NCBI GenBank assembly: GCA_052174535.1
Contig: JBQMRQ010000100.1
Span: 6,506 to 70,505, forward strand
Reading direction: 5' to 3'
DNA from: Arsenophonus sp. NC-WZS1-MAG3
Lineage (GTDB): Bacteria > Pseudomonadota > Gammaproteobacteria > Enterobacterales > Enterobacteriaceae
DNA: 64,000 bases
A program made the position numbers and the translations under genes. The notes beneath the pieces are model-generated. The model saw only the letters and a program-made list of their open reading frames with translations, ran no database searches and had not been told where the DNA came from. Positions 49,225 to 61,259 of the stretch are shown in pieces; the stretch's first letter is position 1; each line of letters starts with the position of its first letter.

Positions 49225-51270
49225 TTTATTACACCAAGATCCTCTTATTTGCATATATAGGAAATAACTGATTCAAGTGATTCCAGGCTTCTTAATACCA
49301 TACTATCTCCTATTTTAACTACTGCATCGCGTAAATAATTAGCATAGAGATAGATAATTTCGAGATCAACAAACTTTCCGATCATATTTTGCGTATCTTC
49401 GAAATTTACTATTAAATTATTTCGGCACAGCCGAAAAATTTCCGTAATATTTTTATAAAAAAGTCTTTCTTAACTAAGATACATTGAATAACTACTTAAC
49501 GAGTTATACTCATTATATGGTATATGGAGTTTTAAAAAAAATAGCGTATCCTGCTGATTAATTTTGCGGATGATTTCAACATCAGAAAAGATGATATGCT
49601 ATGAAAAGCTTACTCTCTATAGTATCCGCGAAACCAGATATTACCCTGATCTCATTGCATGAACCTATTTGTAATGCTACCAGGAGCTTATAGCATCGCT
49701 GTTAAAGGTGAGTTCTAAGGCAATGTTGCAAATAAACCTGCTCAACGCGCTTTGTTGACGTGAGGGTCTAATGCCGTCGTCCGTAACAATTATTTGCCAC
49801 CGTAAATCTACAAGACTGATATTGTAAATATTGAGATTAATGGCCTAAGATTAAAATGGGATAGCAACGGTAATAGAATATCCTTTAACAGCTCATTGTT
49901 ATCGCCTTATCTAAATCGTGCAAGAAGAAGGTAAGAGTTGCTACTATAACTTTACCTGCTAAGAATGCATCTTTCCAACGATGATTTTTATGAAGCTCTA
50001 TAAGCACTTATTAGTAAGAAAGCAAATGATCTTCCTGCTAGCTGGCATCAAGAGATTAAAACAGTAATGACTTGAAGAGAATTGACAATGCCTAGCTACG
50101 TAATTTACGTGATACACCCTCTACGTTTATTTTGGTACTGATAGTATATGCAATGGCCTATTTAGGTATACTGATCGTCTTTGCCTGCTTGATTATATCC
50201 AACGAGAAACCTACTGTATATGGGATATTAAGGAGCTAGATTTCGGTAGAAGATGCTTATCGAGAGTCAGAAGCGAACTAACTAAACTTCTCAATAACTT
50301 GTAAGCGCGCATGGTTTAACTGTATCTCCCAGGGCTTGGTACGGAGGACGCAGTACTTAGTTTTTTAGAATGTAATGGAAAAGATATTTCCGAATATGCA
50401 ACAACGCTGCTAGTACATAAAATAGCTAATGTACTAGGTTTCACTTCCTAAAAGCATGAAGCACTGAAAGTTAAGGGTAACCTGCTAGAGTCTGGTTAGC
50501 AGATAGTCGTAATGCCATTAATAAAGCCTAATATTTTTGGTAAAATTTTAGCAAAAAACTATACTAATTCTATGAAGAAGCTGAAGAGATATTGAAAATA
50601 ATAGCTAGCATTCTATGATTTTCCATCAGTGCATTGGACGTCAATAAGAATGACGAATCCAATTGAATTAACTTTTTTTTGCAAAAATAAGACTATGAAT
50701 CGAAGTGTAAAAATTGTGGTTTAAGAAAAAAATCCTTTTAATAGTATTTTAGCTACTTCTGCATGCTCATAAGGGCTGTAACTAATTAAAGGGAAATTTT
50801 GACCTGTTGATCATTCTGGTAAAGAATATCTAATTTAAAGATGGAGAACAGATTTAGAAAATTTCAGAATTGAAATATGCTTATCTTTAACTTCACATCA
50901 TCTCTAGTAGATGATGTGAAGTTCGTAGATCAAAAAATAATACTCACACTGCATGGCCTAGCGGACCTAACACGTTGATAAATGAATTACTTTCTTATGA
51001 ATCGACACAACCACCTCACCCCAATACCAATAATAATATTAATTAATATCTTTTTATCTTTTTTAATGTCCTAATTAATAAAATACCTTTTTACGTTTTT
51101 CACGAATTTAGCAGATATCTATAAGCAGTAGAATATCAAAATCTTAAGCAATCTCTATTAATTAATATACATAGCCTTGTTGAGCAAAGATAGCCTTTTT
51201 AATAAATCATATTCATTCATCTGGCGACAGAGCCCACCCATAGATTTTAATCTATAGTTTTATTTCTAAA
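49225..51270 (-). pseudogene. miaB: tRNA-2-methylthio-N6-dimethylallyladenosine synthase pseudogene, split by IS256
   Basis: N-terminal part RQMNEYD...IGV...SIIFD.RT.HHL (51270-50905). C-terminal part VNFEDTQNMIGKFVDLEI...ESVI...DLGV (49500-49225). The central radical-SAM core is missing. Confidence 0.88.
49501..50905 (+). mobile_element. IS256-family relic (copy 11), inside miaB
   Basis: Left IR gagttatactcattatatggtatatggag at 49501. RITTNPIE-like (~50645). Right IR truncated into a palindrome. Confidence 0.87.
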
Positions 51271-51464
51271 TATTTTGTATATCCAAAGTTTCAGTAATAA
51301 AATTTGTTATACTTAGAATATTTCTATTAAGTTAGAAACTTTTGATATGGTATTATATTCATTTGGAGCTTGCTAATCCCAGAATGGTGAATAGATTATT
51401 AGTAAATAACACAAGAAAAACTAGACCTACTATTAGATTAATGACTATTGATAGTTAAGTTTAT

Positions 51465-52646
51465 ATGAATAGAATAGATGAAAATTATGATATTGTAGTC
51501 GTTGGTGCAGGTATGATAGGTGCAGCAATGGCAATTGGGTTGGCAAAAGAAGGTTGGCGCATCCTGTTACTTGAACATATTAAACCTGCACCTTTTAATT
51601 CGTTAGAGAAACCTGATTTACGCGTTTCAGCGTTAAACTGTACTTCAGTATATCTACTTAAACAACTTGGTGTCTGGGATAGTGTTTTAAACATGCGCGT
51701 TGCTCCTTATCGAAGATTAGAAATTTGGGAAGAAGAAAACTCACACGTAATGTTGGAAGCAAGCAGCCTTAATTTATCTGAACTAGGTTATATAGTTGAA
51801 AACCGTATTTTGCAATTGGGCTTATGGCAACATTTTTTTCAATATCCAAATCTTACCTTGTTATGCCCGGCTAAGTTAGTGACAATGCAACGTCAAAACC
51901 AACAATGGGAAATAACTTTAAGCGATAGTCAGAAACTATCGGCAAAGTTAATTATTGCTGCTGATGGCTCCTATTCACAGCTTCGATCTTTAGCTGGAAT
52001 TGGTAGCAACGGTTGGCAATATACTCAATCATGTCTGCTTATTACAGTTAAGATGAAACAATCACAAGAGGATATTACTTGGCAACAATTTTTTCCTTCT
52101 GGTCCGCGAGCATTTTTACCATTATTTGATTATTGGGCTTGTTTGGTTTGGTATGATAAATCTGCGCGAATTAGACAGCTACAAGCTATGTCCTTAGAGC
52201 AGCTCAGGGAAGAAATTATTTTAGCTTTCCCTATTCGACTTGGCTCATTACAAATTGTTGCTAAGGGGAGTTTTCCACTGAACCGTCATCATGCTAATCG
52301 TTATGTTAAAGAGGGATTAGCGTTGATTGGTGATTCTGCTCATACAATCAATCCACTAGGCGGTCAGGGCGTTAATCTTGGTTATCGTGATGTAAATAGT
52401 TTACTAAAAGTACTAATTAATTCCAATACACATTTATTACCTTTTTATACACGACAAACTTTACTAAGTTATCAACACGACAGAATGCCAGATAATAAAT
52501 TAATGCAGGCATGTATGGATGCTATTTATATACTGTTTAGTTCCCAGTTATATGGTATAAAATCTAGCAGAAATTTAGCATTAATGTTAGTGCAACGACT
52601 AAATATAGTTAAGAAAAAAATACTTAAATATTTTTTAGGTTTATAA
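51465..52646 (+). CDS. ubiF: 2-octaprenyl-3-methyl-6-methoxy-1,4-benzoquinol hydroxylase
   Basis: 393 aa. VVGAGMIGAA, PDLRVSAL, WQQFFPSGPRAFLPL, GDSAHTINPLGGQGVNLG. Divergent from miaB. Confidence 0.95.
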   Translation: MNRIDENYDIVVVGAGMIGAAMAIGLAKEGWRILLLEHIKPAPFNSLEKPDLRVSALNCTSVYLLKQLGVWDSVLNMRVAPYRRLEIWEEENSHVMLEASSLNLSELGYIVENRILQLGLWQHFFQYPNLTLLCPAKLVTMQRQNQQWEITLSDSQKLSAKLIIAADGSYSQLRSLAGIGSNGWQYTQSCLLITVKMKQSQEDITWQQFFPSGPRAFLPLFDYWACLVWYDKSARIRQLQAMSLEQLREEIILAFPIRLGSLQIVAKGSFPLNRHHANRYVKEGLALIGDSAHTINPLGGQGVNLGYRDVNSLLKVLINSNTHLLPFYTRQTLLSYQHDRMPDNKLMQACMDAIYILFSSQLYGIKSSRNLALMLVQRLNIVKKKILKYFLGL

Positions 52647-53236
52647 CATAAAATTAGTTATGATATTTTTTCTATTGTGTTTGAAAACCCTGTTCTTCAG
52701 ATTGAAAATCTATAAAAATTAATTAATTTATTCAATTGATTAAAAAAATCTATTTTTATTATTTTTATTTGTTAATAAATAAAGTTTTATCGTTTTTATT
52801 ATTTAATAGTCATGGGGGCCACTTGGCATATGTTTTTCATATTTCTATCATGTTACTGTGATATCAATAGCTATATTTGATATTGCATACTTTACACACT
52901 TCAAGTTAAAATTAGATCGCTACTATTTTTTAACGGCGTTATTAATTACTTATCTAAATTTACCTTTTTTATTATTTTCATATTGCTTAATATTATTTAT
53001 TTCACTTCCAGCTCAGCTGCTTAGCTGTAAAATAATTTACTAACAAATATAGGATTATAATAATTAATAATAAAAAATAATTATAATTATCTTGAAAAGA
53101 AAGTTATATTTTAAATAAAAATTAGCAAATAATTTTAATCTAAATTTCTATATTTTCAGTTATCCCTCCCAAAAACTCTCAACTTTTAAAAATTTTTTTT
53201 AGTTATCTTTTACTAAAATGCTAAATATGCTAGGGA

Positions 53237-54302
53237 TTACACATCCCAGTAAATAATTTTTTTAAAAAATTTAAGTTTAGTTTTAAATCAATCTTTCATA
53301 GACCGCAATGAAGTTTACTACCTAATACTACTTAGGTAATTCCTGATTGTACAGATAAATATATTGATATTCAATCATCTCAAACTCTTCATTAGAATTA
53401 AAATGATAGCTTTGCAGCCCATCTTTTAATACGTCCATTAAATTGTTCAACCATATTATTTATGAAGATAACTCGCCAAGATAAGTTGGTCTTCTATAAT
53501 CAAGCTCTGTACACAAATACTTGAATTCCTATTTTCTGGTGGCTGAACCTTTTGCAGAGAAAACAGCGATCTATAAATTCTTTTCCATTATCTGTAAGTA
53601 CCTAATTGAATAGGCATAAGAGCCATGCTTAGTTAAGCTCACATAAGAAAGGTCGTGCATTGAACGCAGTCTTTATTCTTCTAAAGATGAATAAAAACCG
53701 ATTTAATAGACAGGAGCCGATCTATACCTATGAAAAGATAATATCATGAAGTTTCATTTTGTATTCTTGCAAAAGATATTTACATCTACGTGCAGGATAA
53801 CCTAGCTCGTAGATTTTAAACGCTTTATGCTTTTTGGCTTTGGTGGTTTTCCTGTCTTTATTTCACGCAAATTCCTTACTTATGCCTGTATAAACAGTGA
53901 TTCAGGCAAGATTTAGATACTAAGAGATTTAAGAATTTGTGTACAATTGCTAGCAGATAGGCTAGAGGAAGAAAATATTTTTACAGGAAAACGACTATGG
54001 CTTATTGAACTGCTGCTAGAGTTCTTCGTCAACAAACAATGAGGAATATGGCTATAATCATCAATATCATCTCGTATTATGCTATATAATAGTAAGTTCA
54101 GAGATTCTCTAATACTTAACTAAAGTAAATCCCAGGCTCTTTTCTTAACTTGAAAAGCAGCTTTGATTTTAGATTCTATAATTTCTTAACGATGGAGGCT
54201 AATCATCATAATATTTATCTGAACTATATTCTTCATAGTTCTATTGCCAATGAATAGAACTGTGCAATGATGATCATTTATATAATGATCCGAGATCAAA
54301 GA
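53237..54302 (-). mobile_element. IS481-family relic (copy 2)
   Basis: Minus strand reads VLTDNGKEF (53576-53601) and NMVEQFNGRI (~53430-53460). IR-like ends ttacacatcccagt / tataatgatccgagatcaaaga. 1066 bp. Confidence 0.9.
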
Positions 54303-54398
54303 GCTACTAAAATCACTATTAATAAAAAATAGTTTTTACATATAACTTATTTTTTAATCCCACTCATGATTTTTAATTTATATGATTATTGAAATCAT

Positions 54399-54473
54399 TG
54401 GCTGGGGTACCAGGATTCGAACCTGGGAATGCCAGGATCAAAACCTGGTGCCTTACCGCTTGGCTATACCCCA
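54399..54473 (-). tRNA. glnU: tRNA-Gln(UUG)
   Basis: rc: tggggtatagccaagcggtaaggcaccaggttttgatcctggcattcccaggttcgaatcctggtaccccagcca. Anticodon TTG, CCA encoded. Confidence 0.97.
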
Positions 54474-54502
54474 AAGAGAATATAAATAATCTTTATAAAG
54501 AA

Positions 54503-54587
54503 TGGTGCGGGAGGCGAGACTTGAACTCGCACACCTTACAGTACCAGAGCCTAAATCTGGTGCGTCTACCAATTTCGCCACTCCCGC
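54503..54587 (-). tRNA. leuW: tRNA-Leu(UAG)
   Basis: 85 nt with long variable arm. Anticodon arm ccaga-tttaggc-tctgg, CCA encoded. Confidence 0.97.
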
Positions 54588-54594
54588 AAAATTA

Positions 54595-54671
54595 TGGTGG
54601 CTACGACGGGAATTGAACCTGTGACTCCAGCGTTATGAGTGCTGTGCTCTAACCATCTGAGCTACGTAGCC
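54595..54671 (-). tRNA. metT: tRNA-Met(CAU), elongator
   Basis: rc: ggctacgtagctcagatggttagagcacagcactcataacgctggagtcacaggttcaattcccgtcgtagccacca. G1-C72 paired, so elongator type. Confidence 0.96.
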
Positions 54672-54709
54672 ATCTTTGTGGTCAACCTTTATCGGTGTTG
54701 AGGGTCGCA

Positions 54710-54738
54710 ATTATCCGTACATGGAGCTGAATCGTCAA
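54710..54738 (-). promoter_or_regulatory. Stable-RNA sigma70 promoter of the tRNA cluster
   Basis: Minus strand TTGACG / 17 bp / GATAAT followed by GC-rich discriminator tgcgacc, ~40 bp upstream of tRNA-Met. Confidence 0.85.
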
Positions 54739-55591
54739 CTGATTTTTATGATTTTTACAGAAAAGTATCTATTTTTTAGATTGTTGATTATTCTATCGAT
54801 AAATCAACAAAAAATAATATCGTTTTATAAAATATATAATAACTTTATATGTTAAATATTAAAGCTAATTAATTTAAGATATTCCTGATAATAAAACGAG
54901 TGATGCTTTTTATTTCAATGATATTGTTAATTTCTATTAACAATAGAAAGCATATTATTCGTTTAATCAAATAAATTATTAATAATAATCAAGTAATTTT
55001 CTTATTGAGCGAAAGTGAAATTAGCGCATAATATTATCTATACTGTTACATAACAGCGATTAATAATAGCTATTATCTATTAACCATATTTTATATAAAT
55101 ATAAATATTAATATCGACAATAAATTTTTTATACTTTAGCTAGTAAAAAGGATATATTAATCTATTACAATGCTATTATAATCGAATTAAATAGTACAAA
55201 AGCTCACCATTTAACATAGGACGTTTAATTAATAGAAAGTAGCAATAACTGAATTATGTCCTAACTGTAAAGTAATAATTGATAAATCATTACAGAAATT
55301 TTTTAACACTTTAGTTAGTTTTGATATAGTTTTGCAGGTGTGGCAAAAAACTTTTTCTATTACTATAATTTCTCTCCGCGATAACTACTTTTACGGATTA
55401 AATAGGTTAATGATAATGCCAATTGCACTACTAATACATGGACTGCGTATTTAATCACTTCAATGCTAATGATTATTTTTATTTACTATCTGGAAATTAG
55501 CTTTAATAGAATAATAATTTAATTTTAATTGCCTTGGGTAATTTTGTTCAAATTGTTGCCTAATTCTATTTTCAATAGTGCTATAGCTGTA

Positions 55592-56997
55592 GAGTTATGC
55601 TAATTTCTAGTGAATGAAATTTCAGAGATGATAAGAGTAACTCTACTGATTAATTTCATAGATTATTTTAATATCAAAGATATAACATCTCATAAAACAA
55701 TCTACCATATAGATATCTGCAAATCAGATATTATCCATGATTCATTACATGAACTACATGAACTCATCTATGAATAATGCCAGGGAGCTCTGATAACACT
55801 GTTGTTAAAGATGAGCAGAAGCCATAACTGTGACAAATATGAAAGACTGCCTTGTCGATGAGCACCAAGCTATTGCCAATAATAGTTATTTGCTACAAGC
55901 ATCTATAACAGATGGGTATTGGCGATGTTGAGATTAAAGTGCCTAAGATTAGGAACTTGTAGTAGCAACGAAATATGCTTTAACAGCTCCTTGCTTCCGT
56001 TTTATCTGAAGCGTGCAAAATATCAAAGATTTGTTCTTATGACTCTTTTTACAGATACACCAGTGATCTTCATGAATTCATAAGGGAAAGCTTCTTAGTG
56101 AGAAGCGCATGATCTCTCTCTGCTAGTACTATTAGCAAACTGAAATAGTAATGGCTTGAAGAGAATTAGGAATGTATTACTTATGTGATTTAGCGATACC
56201 CCTAACGTTTATTTCTTTATTGAAGGCATATATCATTCTGATAATCAAACTGATCATATTTGCCTGCTTAGTTATATTGTCGGAACTGTGCATAGACGTA
56301 ATGAGATTCGTTGTGGTTAAAAATGGTTATTAAGAGTCAGAAGCATACACTGGGGCGAACTTCTGGATGACCGCGCGAGCGGCGTGGCTTAAGAGTATCT
56401 CCTAGATTTGCTACGGGATAAGGTGTGATTAGTTTTGAGTGCAATGGTAAAAATATTCCCAGATATTTAGTACCAATCTCCTGTTGGGTATACAAAATAG
56501 CTGATGTGATGCATACCTTCTCCAAAGGTATGTAAGCGAAAATTAATGGTGATTCGTAGGAAGGAATGCCTAGCTAGAGAGGGTTGCATGCCGATCATAA
56601 CGATTATGATGTTTATTAACAAGATTTTTAGTTAATCTTACTCTATTGCAGCGATGAAAAAGCTAGAGAAAGAACGAGAGGAACTCTGTGGCATTCTACG
56701 ACTTCCTGTCAGTCAGTTATACTGGACACTAATTAAGAACGACGAATCCCAGATTAAATCGCCTTTTGTGATAGTGAAGCTACGAAGCTGATGCGAGAAG
56801 AAGTGTTTTTTAAAAAAAACCCTTTCAATGGTATTTAAGTTGCTATTTCCTGTTAAAAAGCTAGAGCTGCGCTAAAAGGATTTGATCTGCTGACTTTTTG
56901 TACTAATAACGTTCAATTTAAGGATGAAAAATAGATTTTCTGAAACATAAGAGTGGAGTGGAACTTGATCATCATGCATCAAATTTGCTAATAATTC
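55592..56997 (+). mobile_element. IS256-family relic (copy 12), inside nagC
   Basis: IRs gagttatgctaatttctag / catcaaatttgctaataattc. Flanks atagctgta / ttgactata. 1406 bp. Confidence 0.9.
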
Positions 56998-57353
56998 TTG
57001 ACTATAATTGTTTCGAGACAACTAAATTTACCGTAATGATGACTTTATTTTAATAAATCTATTTGTAGATGACCGATTTCACTCAGGTTATGACAGTTAT
57101 TCAATAAAATTTTACCGCCCATAATCATACCTAGCTTCAGCATCGCCGCCCACGATGAATGCGTACAAAAATTAAATTGACGAAATTTTATGTAATACCA
57201 AAATAATGCTCTGCCAACGTAAAACAACAAAATTTATGACTGATAAAAGAATTTAGAGAACTATGGTGTAAGCAGCGCAGTTATGCTGCTTTAGGATTTT
57301 CCTGATCTGAGTACTGTCTTATATCCTGCAATATACTAATTTTTATAATTTAG

Positions 57354-58379
57354 GGCTACCTTAGCAAAGGTTGTTACTTTGTTCGCAGAGCAATTTGTAA
57401 CTACGTGTTTATATTTTAATTGTTATAGTTTTTAACAATTTCTGCAGGCCAGCTATAATTTAGTAAATAAAAACCCCTCCTATAGCATGAAATCTACTCA
57501 GTCATCCTTTTAATTAGCTGATATAACTGTTCACAGTTTGAATGTGCAATTCCTTATCACAACTCTCTGATTATCAACCTTATTAGGCGATGCTGAGTAA
57601 TTTTATGCTTGCTAGCAAAGCTTTGTATCATTTACCTCTATCTGAAAAATAACTCTTTATCAATAATCGGATCAAGAAAAAAAGGATAACATGCTCTTTA
57701 TTAAACTCTTCAAGAATCTTATTGCTCACATAACCCTCGTAATCTTGAGCGATTAAGAGCACAATTCATTCTTTTCTTTTCTTTGTCCTTTTCCGAATTT
57801 TTTATCTTTCTTATCTGGAATATAACCCTTCCTTTTAAAAAATTCATGAAAAATGTTTCGTCAACTTCAACAACACCAATTAGTGCATTTATGTTATCTA
57901 TCGCTACTACTAAAACAAGAAACAGTGATATCTTCCATCTAAACCCTATTTTTAAATCAATATTTGTTTTTCTTACTTCCGTAAATTTAAGCTATTAAAC
58001 TACATTGAAGATAACTAAAGCATTTATCCTTCTGATGTAGTTTCGCCAAAAAACTTTCAGTATGATTGTTAAATGTTTTCCTGTAATAGGGAATTTTGCA
58101 ATGATATCGCTGCAATCCTAATAAGTGTCCTCAGCAGATAAACATGTTAACTCTGACATTATAGATGGGATAGAGTGGAATGAGTTGCTTTAATGTATGA
58201 ATCAATATCATCCGATAGATTGTTATCTAGGCAATTAATGAGATCCAGCTTTATGTTAGTAGAAAGCAAGAAAAATCTCTTTATCTGTATGACTGTTTAT
58301 TTTTATAGCAACTTTCTGTAGCTAAAAATTCTTTATGCTGTATAAAGAATTTATATAAATAACTTTTAACAATATAGCT
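57354..58379 (-). mobile_element. IS1595-family relic (copy 4), inside nagC
   Basis: IRs ggctaccttagcaaag / cttttaacaatatagct. Minus strand reads ALIGVVEVDETFF (57849-57890), LHIQTVNSYIS and a zinc-ribbon-like GLQRYHCK. 1026 bp. Confidence 0.9.
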
Positions 58380-58604
58380 AGAATTAACATATCGCAGTGT
58401 ATAAATATACTCTACTCATGAATATTTACGAAGCAGTATATCTGTTGCAGGGCTCATGCGTAACGTGCTAGGTTCTAGATTATCTAATATAGATAAAATA
58501 ATGAAATAGAAATCAAACTTGTAATTAGGAGGTTGATGTTATTAAGAAAAATTTTAATGGCTGAAATTAAATGATTTTTTATTTCTTATTGAACAATTTC
58601 TTAT

Positions 58605-59992
58605 AAGTTATTAGAAAATCTGATGCATGTTTGTTAGACTATGCTATACTCTGATGCTTCATAAATCTATTATCCATCCTTAAATTGGACCCTGTTTACC
58701 ATGAAGTTAGCAGATCAAATCCTCGTAGCCTGTCTAGATATTCTGAAAAAACTGTAGCAACTCAATACTGTATTTGAAAGTATTGATTTCTCGAAACACA
58801 GTTACTTTAGCAGATCAGCTTCATAGGTTCGCTCTTCCAAAAGTTGATTCAATTAAATTCGTTGCCCTTATTGACGCCTAGTGCTTTGACAAGACGTCAT
58901 AAAATGCCAGCATCCTTCTTCGCTCTTTCTTCAATTTCCTAATCCCTAGTAGGAAAGGGATACTTATACTAAAAATATTGAAAAACCTTGCTAACAAAAT
59001 ATCAATGGATTTATTAGCGGCATTACGGCTATCTGCTGGCCAAACTTCCGACAGTTCACCCTTACTTTCGGTTGCATGTCTTTGGTGAATGAAGCAGAAT
59101 ATCAGTTATTTATACACACAATAACATTACTACTGCGTGTCCTGTAATATCCTTGCCATTGCCATTCTAAAATCAAGAACACTACCTCTGTAGGAAGTAT
59201 GGGAGGTGCGGTTAAGTTCTCTGCACTTGCAGACCACCTAGAAGTTATGACAGTTTGCTTCTGACTTTTAATAATCCTTTTCACACGCAATGAGCTCATT
59301 ATGAGCATGCGCAATAACATTAATAATAACTAGTAAATAAAGTCATCAGCTTTCTTGACAGAACGGCATATTACTTTCGCCAAAATAAATGTAATACGTA
59401 TTGCTAAATCATGCAGGTAGCACTAATGTCTATACTCTTCAAGCCATTACTATTTAGTCTGCTGATGGTATGGCAGAGAGGGATCATGAGTTTCTCACTG
59501 AGAAACTCCCTCATGAACTCATGAGGATAACTGATATATCCGTAGAACAGGAATAGTGGAACTCTTCGATTCCCTTCACGTTTTATATAAGGTGGCGCAA
59601 TGAGCTTATAAAAGTATATTCCGTTGCCACTACGGATGCACCTTAATCTTAAGCAGTTTAATCTTAACACTATTAATAGGAATTTGTATACTTCGCTGAA
59701 GAAAATAATCGTTACAGATGGAGGTTGAGTCTACCAATTAAAGAGCGTTTCAGCATTTTGCTGGAGTTATGACTTTGATCTCTGCCTTAACGACGGTGTT
59801 ATCTATCAGCTTCCTAGTAGCATTACGAATTAGTTCATACAAGGGTTAAGGTAATATCTGGTTTCACAAATACCTCTGTGGTAGACTTTTATGGCATATT
59901 ATTTCTCTGTTGTTAAGATTATCTATAAAAACAATCAGAATAATACGCCATACCATCTCCGAATTTCTATACACTAGAAATAAACATAACTA
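58605..59992 (-). mobile_element. IS256-family relic (copy 13)
   Basis: Ends aagttattagaaaatctgatgcatg / ctatacactagaaataaacataact. 1388 bp. Ends 6 bp from the nagA stop codon. Confidence 0.87.
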
Positions 59993-59998
59993 GATTTA

Positions 59999-61173
59999 TT
60001 AATCTATATGTTCATTAAGTTCTATTTCACAGCCATTAACAATGGTTTTTCGAATGATGAAGTCGTGATTAAATACAATAAGATTTGCAACTTTATCTTT
60101 TTCTATGCTCCCAATATTTTTGTCAACACCAATAGCACGAGCTGGATAAAGCGTGGCCATTCGTAATGCTTCATCTAATGGAGTACCTGCATGTTCAACG
60201 ATATTTTTAACAGCCTTTATCATCGTTAAAGAGGAACCACTTAATGTACCATTTTTATCAACACATAATTCATTACGATGATATATGGTTTTACCTGCAA
60301 AGGTAAAACAATCTATTTGATTGCTATTAAGATCAAGTCCAGCAGGTGCTGTAGCATCTGTTACTAGAACTAGTTTATCGCCTTTTAATTGTTTACTATT
60401 GCGAATATTAGCCCAATGAACATGTAATCCATCAGCAATAATTCCTGCATATACATTAGGAGTATTATAAATAGCACCAACTAATCCAGGAGCACGACTT
60501 GAAATAGCAGGCATAGCATTGAAAAGATGAGTTGAAAATTTAATACCTGCCTTAAAACCATTCTGTGCTTCTTCATAACTTGCATTAGAATGACCAGCTG
60601 AAACAGCAATACCAGCATCAACTAATTGATGAATATATTTTTCTATAACTACTTCTGGTGCTAAGGTAATTTTAGCAATTATATCAGCATTTTGGCATAG
60701 ATATTTGATCATTTCGCCAGAAGGCTGACGAATATATTTATCATTATGGACACCTGTTTTAATTGGATTAATATAAGGTCCTTCAATATGAAGTCCTAAT
60801 GCCTGATTTTTATATTTAGCCAGATAATCACGCATTGTTTCTATTGCTGTTTTTATCAAAGCATCAGGGCTGCTGATCAATGTAGGTAGGAAGCTGGTAC
60901 AACCATTTCGTTCATTTGTCTTTTGCATAATTTCCAGCGTCTTAATTGAGATATCTTCTGGATTATCATTGAATTGTACACCACCGCAACCATTAACTTG
61001 TAAATCAATAAATCCTGGCGCTAGGATCGCATTTTGTAAATCATGAATTTCAATGTTTTCAGGTAATTCTGTAAATAGACAAACTTTTTTATCTGTTCTT
61101 TTTCAATAATAACTGCATGATTGTCCAATCGTTCATAACCTGTATAAATAATACAATTCGTTAATGCATACAT
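59999..61173 (-). pseudogene. nagA: N-acetylglucosamine-6-phosphate deacetylase with a single -1 frameshift
   Basis: ATG at 61173 gives [28 protein letters not shown]. After an A6 tract (61085-61090) the frame shifts to KVCLFTELP...[16 protein letters not shown], continuous with the 309 aa track ORF ([29 protein letters not shown]). Adding one A restores 391 aa. Confidence 0.9.
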
Positions 61174-61259
61174 GATATTTTACTCTTATTTTAATTAAAA
61201 TTAGGATAATCTATATAAATTATTTCTAATTTGATAAAATTAAATTTTAATATATTAAT

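Larger units (their letters stand above)
55175..58604 (-). pseudogene. nagC: N-acetylglucosamine repressor pseudogene, in three pieces
   Basis: TLAEHY...RIHRG...SEIGHLQID...FSCLETI (57000-57250), IINLFNP.K.VIAGE...LIKRPMLNGELL (55180-55590), and NHLISAIK (~58560). The N-terminal HTH is absent. Confidence 0.85.

Noticed and set aside
50889-50990. IS200/IS605 left-end hairpin plus tnpA
   Set aside because: The adjacent sequence translates as miaB on the minus strand, and no TnpA motif follows.
54389-54616. 75 aa track ORF
   Set aside because: It is the antisense reading of the three tRNA genes.
54820-55170. nagD remnant
   Set aside because: Expected by synteny, but there is only a faint IVDI match, which is insufficient.
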